Program-made: the position numbers and the translations under genes
Assembly: GCA_964016885.1 (NCBI GenBank)
Contig: CAXHJY010001509.1
Location: 1 to 64,000, forward strand
Reading direction: 5' to 3'
Origin: Eledone cirrhosa
Taxonomy: Eukaryota
DNA length: 64,000 nucleotides
The notes under the pieces: generated by a model
Database searches by the model: none
Seen by the model: only the letters and a program-made list of their open reading frames with translations
What the model was told of the DNA's origin: nothing
Shown here: positions 14,624-27,979 of the stretch, one piece after another
Numbering within the stretch: the first letter of the stretch is position 1
Layout of the letters: the number at the start of each line of letters is the position of its first letter

Positions 14624-14795
14624 TAGCAGTATAGAGGGTCAGACACCATGCTTTCCAGCATAGTTATGTCCCTTTACGGTCCGAGTTCAAATCCCGTCAA
14701 GGTTAACTTTGCCTTTCATCCTTATGGGGTCGATAAAATAAAGTACCAGTCATGTACTGAGTAATTGCTGGCCTTGTGCCAAAAGTAGAAATAAC
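14624..14795 (+). mobile_element. SINE family A inserted among older SINE copies, TSD TATTAGTATT
   Basis: Core match; decayed SINE pieces on both sides. Confidence 0.88.
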
Positions 14796-15023
14796 TATTA
14801 GTATTGGATTGGCAGAATTAATATGTTGGACAAAAAGCTTTGTAGCAATTGTTCTCATTCTTTGTTTTCAGTTTAAGCCCATTATGGTCAACTTTAACTT
14901 TCATCCTTTAAGAGCTGATAAAATTTAGCACCAGGTAGATTTAATCAGTTTTCCCCTCCCCCAAAATTGTGCCTAAATTAAAAATCATCATTACTATTAT
15001 TATTATTATTAATAGAAAACAAA

Positions 15024-15201
15024 TAGGGCGGTGGATTGGTAGAGGGCCGGACGCCATCCTTTGACGCAGAGTTACGGCTTTCCATTCTGAATTCAAATCC
15101 CACCGAGGTTAACTTTGCCTTTCATCCTTACGGGCTCAGTAAAATAAAGTACCAGTAATGCACTGGCTAATTGCTGGCCTTGTGCCAAAAATTGAAACAA
15201 T
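15024..15201 (+). mobile_element. SINE family A, TSD ATTATTAATAGAAAACAA
   Basis: Core match; long direct repeat. Confidence 0.9.
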
Positions 15202-15391
15202 TATTAATAGAAAACAATAATATTGCTGCAATATTAAAGTGAACAAGAAAATGTAATGCTTTACTCTTTTTTTTTTTATTACTAGTGGTTCTCCAAATAG
15301 TATAGTTAGGTTGTAATGATTCCTCCAACCCATGCTAGCATAGAAAATGATAATGATGATGTTTCTGAATGTAATTCACTATATTGTTTAA

Positions 15392-15599
15392 CCCTTTATC
15401 ATTTACATTATATATTCTATCATATTTTTCTGGTAAAGGCTTCATATAAATATCTCGCATGATACTGAAGCTATACGATTTCAATATTTATTTTGAGAAC
15501 AGTACCTTAACATAAGTAAGAGTGGCCAGTTAGAGCCAGTTGGAAGAGAAAGAGGTGAGGGAATTCTGGCTGGATGTGGCCAGTTTAAATGCTAAAGAG
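15392..15599. mobile_element. piggyBac-like MITE
   Basis: TTAA-CCCTTTATCATTTA ... TAAATGCTAAAGAG-TTAA. Confidence 0.8.
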
Positions 15600-17047
15600 T
15601 TAAGCCACCCACCTTTTTAATGTAAAACTATGTCAATGTAGGAAAAGAAAACTGATTCTCTAAACTGCCATCTTGTCACACCTCTAATCCTGCATAGACT
15701 TCACAGATTCACTATTTTTATTCTGATTATTTCACATGTCTCATTTAGTACAAACTCAGAAAACCATATAGTATGTGTATGTGTGTGTGTAAAGACAGTT
15801 TGTTGACAGTTCTATGTCTACACAGTTAATTATTTGTTATCTAGACAATGTGACAAAAAAGAGAAAAAAACTGGCAGATATCTAAACAGTAAAGAATGCA
15901 ATTGGAAATAAATAATTTTCTAAAGAAAAAAAAACATCTAAAAAGAATGAAAACAAAATGGGGAAATGTTTGTGCTCATTTACAATCTTTTTTATTTTGT
16001 TTTTCACCTAGTGATTGACGGTTTCTGACAAGAGATAAACAATATTTCTGAATCAGTATTGCCAATATACACAGATTCTTGCTCACATGTATTCATTATA
16101 TTATATATATATATAATAGTGTGTGTATGTATGTGTGTGTTGTACACATGTATGCATGTATAATATGGTAAGTTTATTCATTAGTGAACATACAGAAAGT
16201 AAATAAGGTAAACAAATGCACATAGTGGTGACGAAAAAAAAAAGCGAAATATTTACTAAGACAGAGTACACATGTCTCTTCCAGACTAAGTACAGAGGAA
16301 AGATAAAGTCTCCAAAAATCATAATTTACAAGATTTAGCTGAGATTCTTGACACTTCCCACTATAAACTTCAGGTTCATATTCTTTCAGAAAGAAAGAAA
16401 AAAATAAGAGAAAATCTGTAGATAGTTTTAAAAGGGCCTAAAGTAACCATTTATTTTGGTATTAATCAGTATATCAAAAACACAATTACAAAGATAACTC
16501 AGCTAGAATTGAAATTATGGCTTTACTAACATGTAAATGAGCAAAAGATCTGTTGGTTCTTCATAGTACTTTTTCATAGTCTTAGTACTTTGGTTACTAC
16601 TCATCACCAATATAGACATAATAAACTCAAAATTAAGAGAAAGAGGTCAGACAGACACACACACACATAGTCGCTCTGCTGGATAAGTAATGTTAGTTTG
16701 CAGTGAGGAAGAAGCACAAATGAACTGAGAGAAGAAGAGAACATATTTCTATTGAAATTTTGAAATCAGTTTGAAAATAATCACCAATTTAAAGAGATTT
16801 AGTAATATAATTTCATCATTAATAAGATGGTGTTTGGAACATAATGTAAAGGTTCTTGCATAGAATTACAGTTGAAGACTTTTAGATAAATATAAAGACT
16901 TTAAATAAACAGTTTTGAATCTTAAAAGTAGGGATGGTATTTCATCAAAAGGGTTAAGTGCTAAAGAAGAATTGAAATATCTTGAAGTTAAGGAAGCCGC
17001 AGTAAGCCATTAATCTCAATAAACCCAACAAGAAAACCTTCATAAAT

Positions 17048-17232
17048 AATTGTTTCTACTTTAGGCACAAGGCCAGCAATTACCCAGTGCGTTACTGGTA
17101 CTTTATTTCATCGACCCCATAAGGATGAAAGGCAAAGTCAACCTCAGCGGGATTTGAACTCAGATCGTAAAGGGACGTAACTATGCTGGAAAGCATGGCG
17201 TCCGACCCTCTACCGATACTGCCAATCCACCT
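17048..17232 (-). mobile_element. SINE family A, TSD CCTTCATAAATAAT
   Basis: Core match; 14-bp direct repeat. Confidence 0.92.
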
Positions 17233-17864
17233 TCATAAATAATGTTTCCCATTTCAAAAGTTTTTTTTTCTGTCAAGAAAAACTATAGATTAAATGCAAC
17301 ATTCCACATATACATTATTGATCCTCTATGTATTATTATTTATTTTTTAATTAAAATAATTCCATATCACATTTTTAATTTACTATAAAATAAAAAGATG
17401 CAGTTCTGAAATCTTTTTAACTTTATCAGCAAGTTGTTATCAATAATTTATATATTTATAAAAGAAATACATGGTTAAATCCTGGCAATTTAATATGCTT
17501 ATACAATTTAGGTATTACGATAACAATTTTCAAAATTCCTTTTTTATTATTTTGGAGTCTGTGACAGTTTTATAAATTTCTTGATATTTTGAGAGCTTTA
17601 ATTCACATTTATTTATCCAAAATATTCTTCATTTTCATAAGAAAAAAAATGATATGTTCTAAACATATAATTGTAAAAATGTATGTAAAAGTATTGGTGA
17701 GAGAGAAAAATGTCTAAGTAATATATCTACTTTTTCTAAATGTGTGTATGAACATGTGTGTTATGTATTTATATAAACTTAAATCTAAAAACTACTTATA
17801 GGAATAAATATATTTGTAGTTTTATTACACACACATACATATATATATATATGTTTAAACATGT

Positions 17865-17920
<56 letters not shown>

Positions 17921-18151
17921 TTTAACCTCAGTTTTCTGTATGTTATTTATGACCAGGTTTATGTAAAGAAATATAAATATATGAAGAAAATATATAGCAA
18001 CATTAAAGTGACAGATTCCTACAGCTGGCTATAAAATTATCTTCAATATTTTATATCTCAGAAGAATAAAATGTATAAAAAAAAAATTGATATATGAAAT
18101 GTGAAAATCATGATTTAAAATCTAATATGTATGTGCTGTTACATTTATGTT

Positions 18152-18211
<60 letters not shown>

Positions 18212-18610
18212 ATCACCCTCATAATAACTACATTATACAACAGATACAGGCTGATGAAGTCCATCACCCACATACCAGTAATTGATGCAGGTTGGTCGTT
18301 GTTTTGCCAGCACGGTTGAGGTATAGCTGTGAAAGACTTGTGTGATTTTTACTTTTTCTGGTGCAGAAAGCACAGGTGAGTGGCTTTCAAATATAATTTT
18401 ATCAATTACATTTGTTTGAGTTCATGGATAGCTTTGGTTTGTTCTGGATGTATTTGATGTACTTACGAGCAGGTCAAGACTAATAGTTTTAGTTATATAT
18501 ATATATATCATCACCATTTAACGTCCACTTTTCCATGCAAGCATGGATAGGCCTGGCAGTCTCTTTGTGAGAGATCAGGTCAGAGGACCTTGATTCACAT
18601 ACATGGAACT

Positions 18611-18647
<37 letters not shown>

Positions 18648-19507
18648 GATAAACTTAATCAAATTTTTAAGCTATCTGCAGTAATCCTAGAAAAGTCTCA
18701 ATATCTTTTTGAACATTGAGTGTAAATTATATTCATTTAAACAACACATTATAGGTTATAGCTTCTTTCACTGCTAGAAGGTAGTTTTCTCAAAGACATG
18801 AGTAAAAATTCAAATATAATTGGACAAGTTTAAATGATTATATAAAAGATATTTGCTAATGTCTTAGAGAAACAGCCTTCTAGCATTTCAAATAAATGAT
18901 ATAAACGAAATCTGTATTCTATATTCAAAATGTATTGAGTCTCTTAGAATTGTTGAGATAAACATTTTATTAAGCATACATAGTGTGTGTGTGCGTGCGT
19001 GCGCGTGTGTGTGTGCACGTGTGTGTGTCCTTTTCTGAATTTCTGTTACATATGGTTTTCTGCCACCAAAACAATAATGGTCAATTATCAAAACTGATTA
19101 AATGCCAAAATAGCTGATACTAATTACTTAGCAAAATGGCAAATACCGATTATCTGTAACCTTATCATACATATGCATCCATATATATAAGAGAAAGAAA
19201 GATAGATATATACGTGTGTAATAATGCTGGACATGAGAATGAGTACTCAATACTAAACTAGAGTCTAAATATACTTTATTATGGCTAAGTGGTGAATCTT
19301 ATTACATTTTTGGCTTGGTTTCTAGGGTTTGATGCTCTTCTTATCAGCCTCCTTCTGAAATGAACTAGGAGTATTTTTATGGCATTAGAACTACTACCAT
19401 ACAAGGAAACTGGATTATTTATATCATGCCACCATTACAGAGTGGGTTGTAGTATATTATATCATGGCACACATGCATGTACACATACATTAAATAAATA
19501 TATATAT

Positions 19508-19750
19508 AATTTTACATCCGCTCTTCCCTGCTTGCAAGGGTGGGATGGGTCCTCTTCAGCACAGCATCTCTCCATTCATCATCTCTGTGAGCTTCAGCAA
19601 TCTGAGATTAGCTCTCCCCACCTCCACCCATGTTTTTGTGATTCTTCACCTAGCAGTCATCTTTCATGTGCCTCACACGGCCATATCAATGCAGTCTTCT
19701 CTCCCGCACACTACAGTTTATCATTCTTACACACAGTTTCACTCTCAACT
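19508..19750 (-). mobile_element. Decayed RTE LINE 3' end
   Basis: Tail TTTACATCCGCTCTTCCCTGCTTGCAAGGG; similar to 28205-28562. Confidence 0.65.
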
Positions 19751-19759
19751 CAATTATAT

Positions 19760-20042
19760 CTCCCTCTCTATCTATATCTCTCTCTCTATCTATATATATC
19801 TATATATATCTATATCTATATCTATATCTATATATATATCTATATCTATATATATATATCTCTCTATATATATATATATATATCTATCTATATCTATATA
19901 TGTATCTCTATCTATATATATATATATATATATATATATCTATATATGTATCTCTATCTATATCTATATATATATATCTATATATGTATCTCTATCTATA
20001 TATATATATCTATATATATATATCTATATCTATATCTATATA

Positions 20043-20103
<61 letters not shown>

Positions 20104-20286
20104 ATATATATATATATCTATATATATATATATATATCTCTATATATATATATCTATCTATATATATCTATATATATATCTCTATCTATATATATATATA
20201 TCTCTATCTATATATCTATCTATATATATCTATATATATATCTCTATCTATATATCTATCTATATATATCTATATATATATCTCTA

Positions 20287-20325
<39 letters not shown>

Positions 20326-20622
20326 ATATCTATATCTATATATCTATATCTATATCTATATATCTATATCTATATATCTATATCTATATATCTATATCTA
20401 TATCTATATATATCTATATCTATATATATATATCTATATCTATATATATATATCTATATATATATATCTATATCTATATATCTATATCTATATATATATA
20501 TCTATATCTATATATCTATATCTATATATCTATATCTATTTCTATATATATATATAGATATATATCTATCTATATATCTCTCTCTCTTTCTCTCTCTCTC
20601 TTTATATATATATATATATATA
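19760..20622. repeat. About 860-bp (TA)n/(TATC)n/(TATATC)n microsatellite complex
   Basis: Visible directly. Confidence 0.98.
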
Positions 20623-21091
20623 ATGTGTTGCTTAGAAGTAAATTCTTGGCTTCTGGTCCATGAAGTTGTAAGCCAAAGTGATACATGATGTTATGCCTTT
20701 GGAATCTGAAACCCATTTAAAATTGAAGAAATTAATAAATTCAATAAAAGATATTTACCATAGAAATAGTTTATATATTTACATTTATATAAATGTAAAC
20801 AATTATATTCTTCCAGTGAAAGCTTTAAGGGAATTTGCCCACAAGAAAATTATTTCCCAGCTATACTGTGTGTGTATGTATGTTTCTTTGTAAGAAAAAA
20901 AAAAATGAAGGCACCTCCATCACTTAAAATTCAACACATAAGTATGGATGCTGTAGAAATAGTAGTGGCAGTAATGTTATCGACATACAACAGGGCTAGA
21001 AGTATTAAAAGAGTAAATGATTAACACAGAATCTAGATAGTTTCAACAAACCTCCTCTGAGACCAGATAAAGAGAGGTTATAAGTCTTAGT

Positions 21092-21370
21092 CTATAAGGT
21101 GAGCAAATAGGGTCCCACGTGCTGGTCTCCCCACAGCTCTAGCGGACAGAATGGAAAAGGCGTTTCCCGGAGGATGGTAAGGGAGATGCACTGGCAGAGC
21201 CATTCCAACTCGCAAGGCTCACACCTGCGGCTGGCCAGCTCAGTGCTTATGGTGGTGAATAGGGAGGTAGCCCTAGAACCAAGGACACCAGAAGTCTTCA
21301 CTGCCAAGGGCACGACCACAAACCTGTCGGAGAGCAACCGATACTTGGAGAGTTTGGCCTCCTGATTCAA
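21092..21370 (-). mobile_element. CRE-clade non-LTR retrotransposon 3' fragment (restriction-like endonuclease C-terminus)
   Basis: Translation KLSKYRLLSDRFVVVPLAVKTSGVLG...EP.ELEWL.Q.ISLTILR fits the K..KY / P.AVET.G / QR.S..I.RGNA pattern. Confidence 0.75.
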
Positions 21371-21691
21371 ACATGACTTGCTTGGATTTTACAAGTTTTT
21401 CTTGACAGCATTTTGTAAAAGCAGTCTTTGAGTTTTGTCAACAAAGCATGGGTAACCAAGCAGATGCAGCAACCTAATATACCAGAGCAAGAGTATGCAA
21501 TGTTTAGGAGTTTTTATATTGCTTCCTTCTTGTTCAAATTAAGTAGTGCAATGTCTGCTTTGACACAACAGAGAATATGGACAAGTTAAACACTTCTGAA
21601 TTCTTTATAACAGGTTGACCTTATGCATAGTTTCAACTAAGGTCTGCCAAAAGTGTCTTCTACCTATACACTGAATAACAAGGTGTATGAA

Positions 21692-22170
21692 TTCAGAGCA
21701 CTAGAAGTTGATGGAAACCGCGGAGTGGGGAGACCCCAGATGACCTGGGATGAGGTGATAAAAGCCGACCTTACCCAATTACACCTCTCAAAGACTATGA
21801 CACACGACCGTGACTTCTGGTGTCACGCAGTAATACAGAGTACCCGACCTCCCATGGGTACAAGCTGAAGCATATAGACAATATGCCCCCACACCCCCCA
21901 CTGCAAGGTGGTCGTGGAGGTGCCACGGCAAAAAAGCACCCAGCCCACATTGTAAAGTGGACGTGTAGGCGCCACGAAAAAGCACCCAGCACTCACTGTA
22001 AATGAGGTTGGTGTTAGGAAGGGCATCCAGCTGTAGAAATCAAGCCAAATCAGTTCCTGTATGAGCAAGGCATGGTCAGCCGACCAGACACTGCCCACAA
22101 CAGGACAACCCGTCTAACCCGTGCTAGCGTGGAAGAACGGACGTAAAACGGTGATGATGATGATGATGAT
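21692..22170 (+). mobile_element. RTE LINE 3' end, subfamily B
   Basis: [26 protein letters not shown]...DRDFW, then 3' UTR and (GAT)n tail. Confidence 0.9.
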
Positions 22171-22260
22171 ACCACTCATACTGATTTTATGATAGTGATG
22201 AATGCTTAGGTAGAAATAGCCTGGGGCTAAACAACAACCAAGAGAGCATTTACATGGTAC

Positions 22261-22302
<42 letters not shown>

Positions 22303-22384
22303 GCATGTATATACACACACATATATGTAAGACAGCATTTAAACATAACGGTGTATATGAAAACGATAATGATGAAACACAGAA

Positions 22385-22920
22385 ATATATATATATAAAC
22401 ACTCATATATATGCATATATACACATACAAATATATATATAAACACTCATATATATGCATATATACACATACAAATATATATATATGCACTCATATATAT
22501 GCATATATACACATACAAATATATATATATATACACTCATATGTATATATACACATACAAATATATATATAAACACTCATATATATGCATATATACACAT
22601 ACAAATATATATATATATATATATACACTCATATATATGCATATATACACATACAAATATATATATATACACTCATATATATGCATATATACACATGCAA
22701 ATATATATAGACTCATATATATGCATATATACACATGCAAATATATATATATAGACTCATATATATGCATATATACACATGCAAATATATATATATAGAC
22801 TCATATATATGCATATATACACATGCAAATATATATATATATAGACTCATATATATGCATATATACACATACAAATATATATATATATATATAGACTCAT
22901 ATATATGCATATATACACAT

Positions 22921-22958
<38 letters not shown>

Positions 22959-23075
22959 TGATATATATGCATCAAACCCATGCTAGCGTGGAAGATGGAC
23001 GTTAAACGATGATGATGACACATACAAATATATATATATACACTCATATATATGCATATATACACAAATATATAT
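22385..23075. repeat. Roughly 42-52 bp minisatellite (ACTCATATATATGCATATATACACATACAAAT(AT)n), interrupted by an RTE tail at about 22975-23017
   Basis: About 14 units visible; inserted AAACCCATGCTAGCGTGGAAGATGGACGTTAAACGATGATGATG. Confidence 0.92.
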
Positions 23076-23645
23076 ATAAATATATATATAAATACACACA
23101 CACACATACTGGCAGATCTAGTGTGTAAGAAAGAAATCTATATTAACATAATTTGAGAATTGGGAGATAGAATACAGGAGATAGATTACAGGGAAGATGA
23201 GTTTTTTTTTACATACATAAATATATAAATAAGTATGTAACTATTGTTTTTATATGATAAACATTGTTTATTGAATTTATTATAAATTTGTTCAATATTG
23301 TTAAATACTTAGGTTTCTGTTTCCAAGAAGATAATATGTATTTTTATGGCTTACAAATTCATGGACCAGTAGCCAAGAATTTACTCCCAGCAACACTAAT
23401 GTGTTTTCATGTTCCACATGAAATCACATTAGTAAAGCCTTCTTGAAAAGTACTAAACAGCACTACAGCAACATCACATTAAACCCTTTATTCTAAATCT
23501 GTAAATTTCCCCATTGATCTATCAACAAGTAAAGATACAATAAGCAATTGAATAAAACAGTTCTAGTCCTGTAGAAGTCATTTCTATATATATATAATAA
23601 ATATGTGTGTGCGTGTGTCTGTGAAACACATACATAACATCCAAA

Positions 23646-23737
23646 CACTGCCTCTCCCATCTCTCACTATTATGAGCAAATGAGGGCCCACATGCTGGCC
23701 GTCCCACGGCCCTAGCAGACAGAATGGAGAAGGCATC
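23646..23737 (-). mobile_element. CRE-clade 3' tail fragment
   Basis: Similar to 58050-58150 and 21100-21165. Confidence 0.6.
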
Positions 23738-25149
23738 AAAACATTTTTTTGTTAAATCACTACTGGATGGTAAGAATTAACATCAACAAGTGTAACAACA
23801 TCATTAACAAGGGGAACAGTGCTGCTGCTGCTCACACTAGCACCCTAGACTGCATCCAGGAATAAAAGTTACTCAATTCATCATTTTAAAGACTTTCACA
23901 CTGCATTTGTCTATGTAAGCAGTTTGATCATTGAATATAAGTAGAATAAGAATCATATAACCAAACTTAGAATATATGAAATGGTTGGCATCATGAAAGT
24001 CATGTAACATTAAAGAATTATCTCAAAATTAGTCACCTCCAATTTATGACAGCATGAAAACGCTGGCATAAAAATGACGAGGATGACTGCAATATACACA
24101 TTTAATATGTTAACATTTACCAAGTGCTTAAAGAAAATAAATACATGCACAAAGCCACATAAGGAACATCATTCCTTTACCTATATACACATTTTGAATT
24201 TCTACTTGAACAAATTCAATTCTCACTTAACTTGTGAACATAATATAGCATTTATTTAATAAATTCTCTCTCTCTACTATATTAACTTTCTCAAGCACCA
24301 CATATGTATAGAGGCAACTTTTAACCAACATCTCATACAAAACTCAACACACATGCTAAAGAATGTATACATCATATGGATTTACACACTCCCATCAATT
24401 CTAAAATACATAAACACATTTTTGCTAAGTCAACAGTTAATTTTTTTTTTTCAAAACTATATTCTTTGGTTCTTTCAAAGATATTCTAAATAGATTTTAG
24501 TAATTTATTTCTGTCCACGACCTCAAGTATTTAACTTCATATTAACCAGAAAATATAGAAAACAAAAATTCTTGAGAGTTCCATAGACCAATATATTCAT
24601 TTAAATGAAAAAATACATGAACATCACTTTAATTACTAATGTCTTCATTCTTCTATTTACACTAAGTACTTGATCATACTAGCATATCTTTATTTCTATA
24701 ACATCATATATTTATTTTTGGTATTATATATTTCTTAATTTTACCAAAGTATCTCAGGTAATATTTTAGTTTTTCGTTTATTTATTCAATATAATTATTA
24801 CTATTATTTATTTATTTATTTTGGCACTGTCCATCATTCAATTTTCTTTCCATTCAACACCGGCCACTTAAACAAAAATTCCATTTGCCACCCCCAACCA
24901 ACTCAACACCAACACCTACAATTTATTCCTTTATTTATTTGTTTTATCTTGTATTTTATGTTATTTTTTAATATACATATTTATTTCTTCTGAAGAAGTT
25001 GTTGATTTAGAATAGGATTTTTGAAAGTAATAGAAATTCCTCTTACAACAGAGCAAATGTGGAACAAGTAATAAGGAATTATTTCAAGAAAAAAGTAAAG
25101 GAAATGAATATGAACACTAGTAAAACATACATTTATACATATTTATAAA

Positions 25150-25182
<33 letters not shown>

Positions 25183-25210
25183 GTTTGGATGGGAGCCCCC
25201 ATGTAAACTC

Positions 25211-25298
25211 GCATATCTGAAGAGGCGTCGATTAAGAGTTGAGATCCGATCACATGATCAAACCTGAGCTGATCGATATCGAAACAGTTGTAATATGT
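25211..25298 (+). ncRNA. Minimal type I hammerhead ribozyme motif (PLE pLTR-like)
   Basis: GCATAT-CTGAAGA-GGCGTCGATT...GATCGATATC-GAAA-CAGTTG-TA-ATATGT; AATAAA follows. Confidence 0.75.
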
Positions 25299-25365
25299 AA
25301 TAAAATTTCATAAGTTGCAAATCTGACTTCCTACTCTCTCTCACCATAGATAGAGAGAGAGAGAG

Positions 25366-25425
<60 letters not shown>

Positions 25426-25430
<5 letters not shown>

Positions 25431-25560
25431 AAAATGTATAGCTGTAGAAATGGCTTGAGCTCTGCCATCGGGGTCATACATTTTCCTATTACCCACTCTA
25501 CTACCCTAAGTATTGAGTACTCTGGTGCGTTATGGTCCATCTGGTTCCTTACCACAACTC

Positions 25561-25562
<2 letters not shown>
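25426..25562 (+). mobile_element. PLE pLTR-like fragment with hammerhead 3' half and short inverted 5' arm
   Basis: Near-identical to 28045-28172; ATAGGAAAATGTAT / ATACATTTTCCTAT inverted arms; flanked by (TA)n. Confidence 0.6.
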
Positions 25563-25615
<53 letters not shown>

Positions 25616-27230
25616 TACATACATACATACAAACAAATGCATACATTCATTTTTACATATGCCTTACTATGACAAAATAGGTTACAGAAGACTTTTTAAG
25701 GCAGATTTCTTTATAACTTTCCTAATTCCAACTCTCAAATGTTAGAAATCATTGTTTATGTTAGGCATTAACAAATAACACTTGGTTGCCTTAGATGCTG
25801 TTGATATTGATATGAAGACATGGTAAATGAAAACAACCACGTACACACAGTAGTGAGATACACACACACACATACACATCTATATGTGTGTGTGTATATA
25901 TATATATATAGTTGAAAAAGGAGGTACAGTTCCATACAAATCGGTGATTATAGCTAAAAAGTAAAAGTGAAAAATCACAAGAGTATATTTAAAGATTGTT
26001 TTCTCTAAAATTCAACAATGAGTATTTTTATAACCATTACATTAAGCGAATTTAAATTTTAGCAAATATTAATCGATTTCTAGGACTTAATTGGGCTCTG
26101 ATCAGAACAGCCAATGACACCCACTGCATCAATCCCTCCATCTCATGGGGCTCCTTCTTGATACAAGTGGCATACCCCTTGATTTTGCCAAGGAAAACAG
26201 CAGTTCAAGCACCGAAGACCAAGAACATTAGAGGTATCTATGGTAACAGGCATGATAAGGAAGCAGTCGGTAAAACCCTGGTACATGGATATCTTGTGCT
26301 TTTCTGTGTTACAAGCAGCAGTGTCTGGCTTTGTGGCAAAAGCAACAAGATTGGTGTTCGAGAACATATCCCAGCATATAGCATTGCAGCATGTTAGATA
26401 TTTTGATGATCAGTTAATAGAACAAATGAATATCCATCATGACAGTATAACAGCAGATCCATTATGTGGCTAACCTATCATATTTCATAGATAATGACTT
26501 GCAAAATCGAAGTTTAAAATATAAAATGACAAACAAGAAAATTAAATTTGAATATATTATATTTGAAAGCAGAATGACTAAAAACATCAAATTAAAGCTA
26601 TCATTTAATATCTTTAAATTATAACTGCTGTTACTGTAGGTGTGTTTTGGTGGTAGTGATAATGGTGGTGGTGTTTCTGCTGCTGGTGCTGTGAATGTTG
26701 TTGCTGTTAGTGTAGCTGTTGTTGCTGTTAGTAACACTACTATTGCCATCCTTGTGATTGGTCTTGTCTTTGCTAATATTGAGATTATAGTTGTTATTGT
26801 TATTGCTTAATCATAACCGTTTTACTTCACTCAGCCATTTGTTTTTCAGCCCAGAGTAATTTGGGGAACGTCATTAATTTTAACAAGAAAGATGCTATAT
26901 TCAGAAACTAATTATTTCCATGCAATACTACTATCATTTTGGCTTATTATATTTCATGTAATCCCAGGAACATTCTATCACTTGTGGTAATAAAACATAA
27001 TTCTTTCATTACACACATAAAAAGAAAAAATCAGAGTATTTATGTGATCCAGCCTATGAGAAAATCTCAACAGATTAGCCAATATTACTGAATTTCAGAA
27101 TATATATATACATACACACACATCTATAGGTCTACATCTATGCACACATACATTATACGTGTGTGTATATATATATATGTACACATCTATATACTTAAAC
27201 ACATCTCTCTCTCTCTCTCTCTCTCTCATA

Positions 27231-27293
<63 letters not shown>

Positions 27294-27323
27294 AGATCAA
27301 AAGATGGTTAAAAGAGTTCCAAG

Positions 27324-27394
27324 TATTTTATTATGCGCATTTCAAAAACAAATATCATCATGAGATTATATCTGCGTTTTCATCAGATAAAATA
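27324..27394 (-). ncRNA. Minimal type I hammerhead ribozyme motif
   Basis: Minus strand TATTTTAT-CTGATGA-AAACGCAGATAT...ATATTTGTTTTT-GAAA-TGCGCA-TA-ATAAAATA; perfect 8-bp helix I and palindromic helix III. Confidence 0.85.
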
Positions 27395-27936
27395 GGGATA
27401 CATGATATGAAGGTTAAAAAACACTTGTGAATAGTGAAGTTTTAAATCAACTTATATTATTTATACTCCAGTCCTACAAACTGTAGAGTGCTACTTATCT
27501 GATATTTGCATTGCTTTATTGTACTACAATAAAACTCACCTCCTACATATATATATATATATATATACACTAAAATTAAAATATGTATGTATATAAGTGT
27601 GATACAATTGTGATCATTAGCATCATATCATTATAATTTTAATATTCTATGTTATGGCTTAAAGCTATATATTTCTCTTTTGTTAGGAGTCATTTTTCTT
27701 TATTAGTTTATAGTTGTGTATGGAAGCTAGATCTTATCACAATCATTGGAAACTGTGGTGTTCTGGGTTCCACCCTATCACACAGATCTTTTGGCAATTG
27801 TCTTTTACTGTGGCTTCAGGCTGCTGAATATCTTGTGAATGGTATTTGGTAGACAAAACCATACAGAAACCTGTCAAATATATGTACACATGCACACAGA
27901 CATATGTGTGTGTATGTATGTATGTATGTATGTATG

Positions 27937-27975
<39 letters not shown>

Positions 27976-27979
<4 letters not shown>

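Noticed and set aside
19379-20688. ORFs of 340-392 aa
   Set aside because: Stop-free translation of (TA)/(TATC) microsatellite (YIYI).
21372-21680. Decayed coding exon on the minus strand
   Set aside because: Multiple stop codons in the frames read and no recognisable protein; similar at 47440-47645 and 52450-52605.
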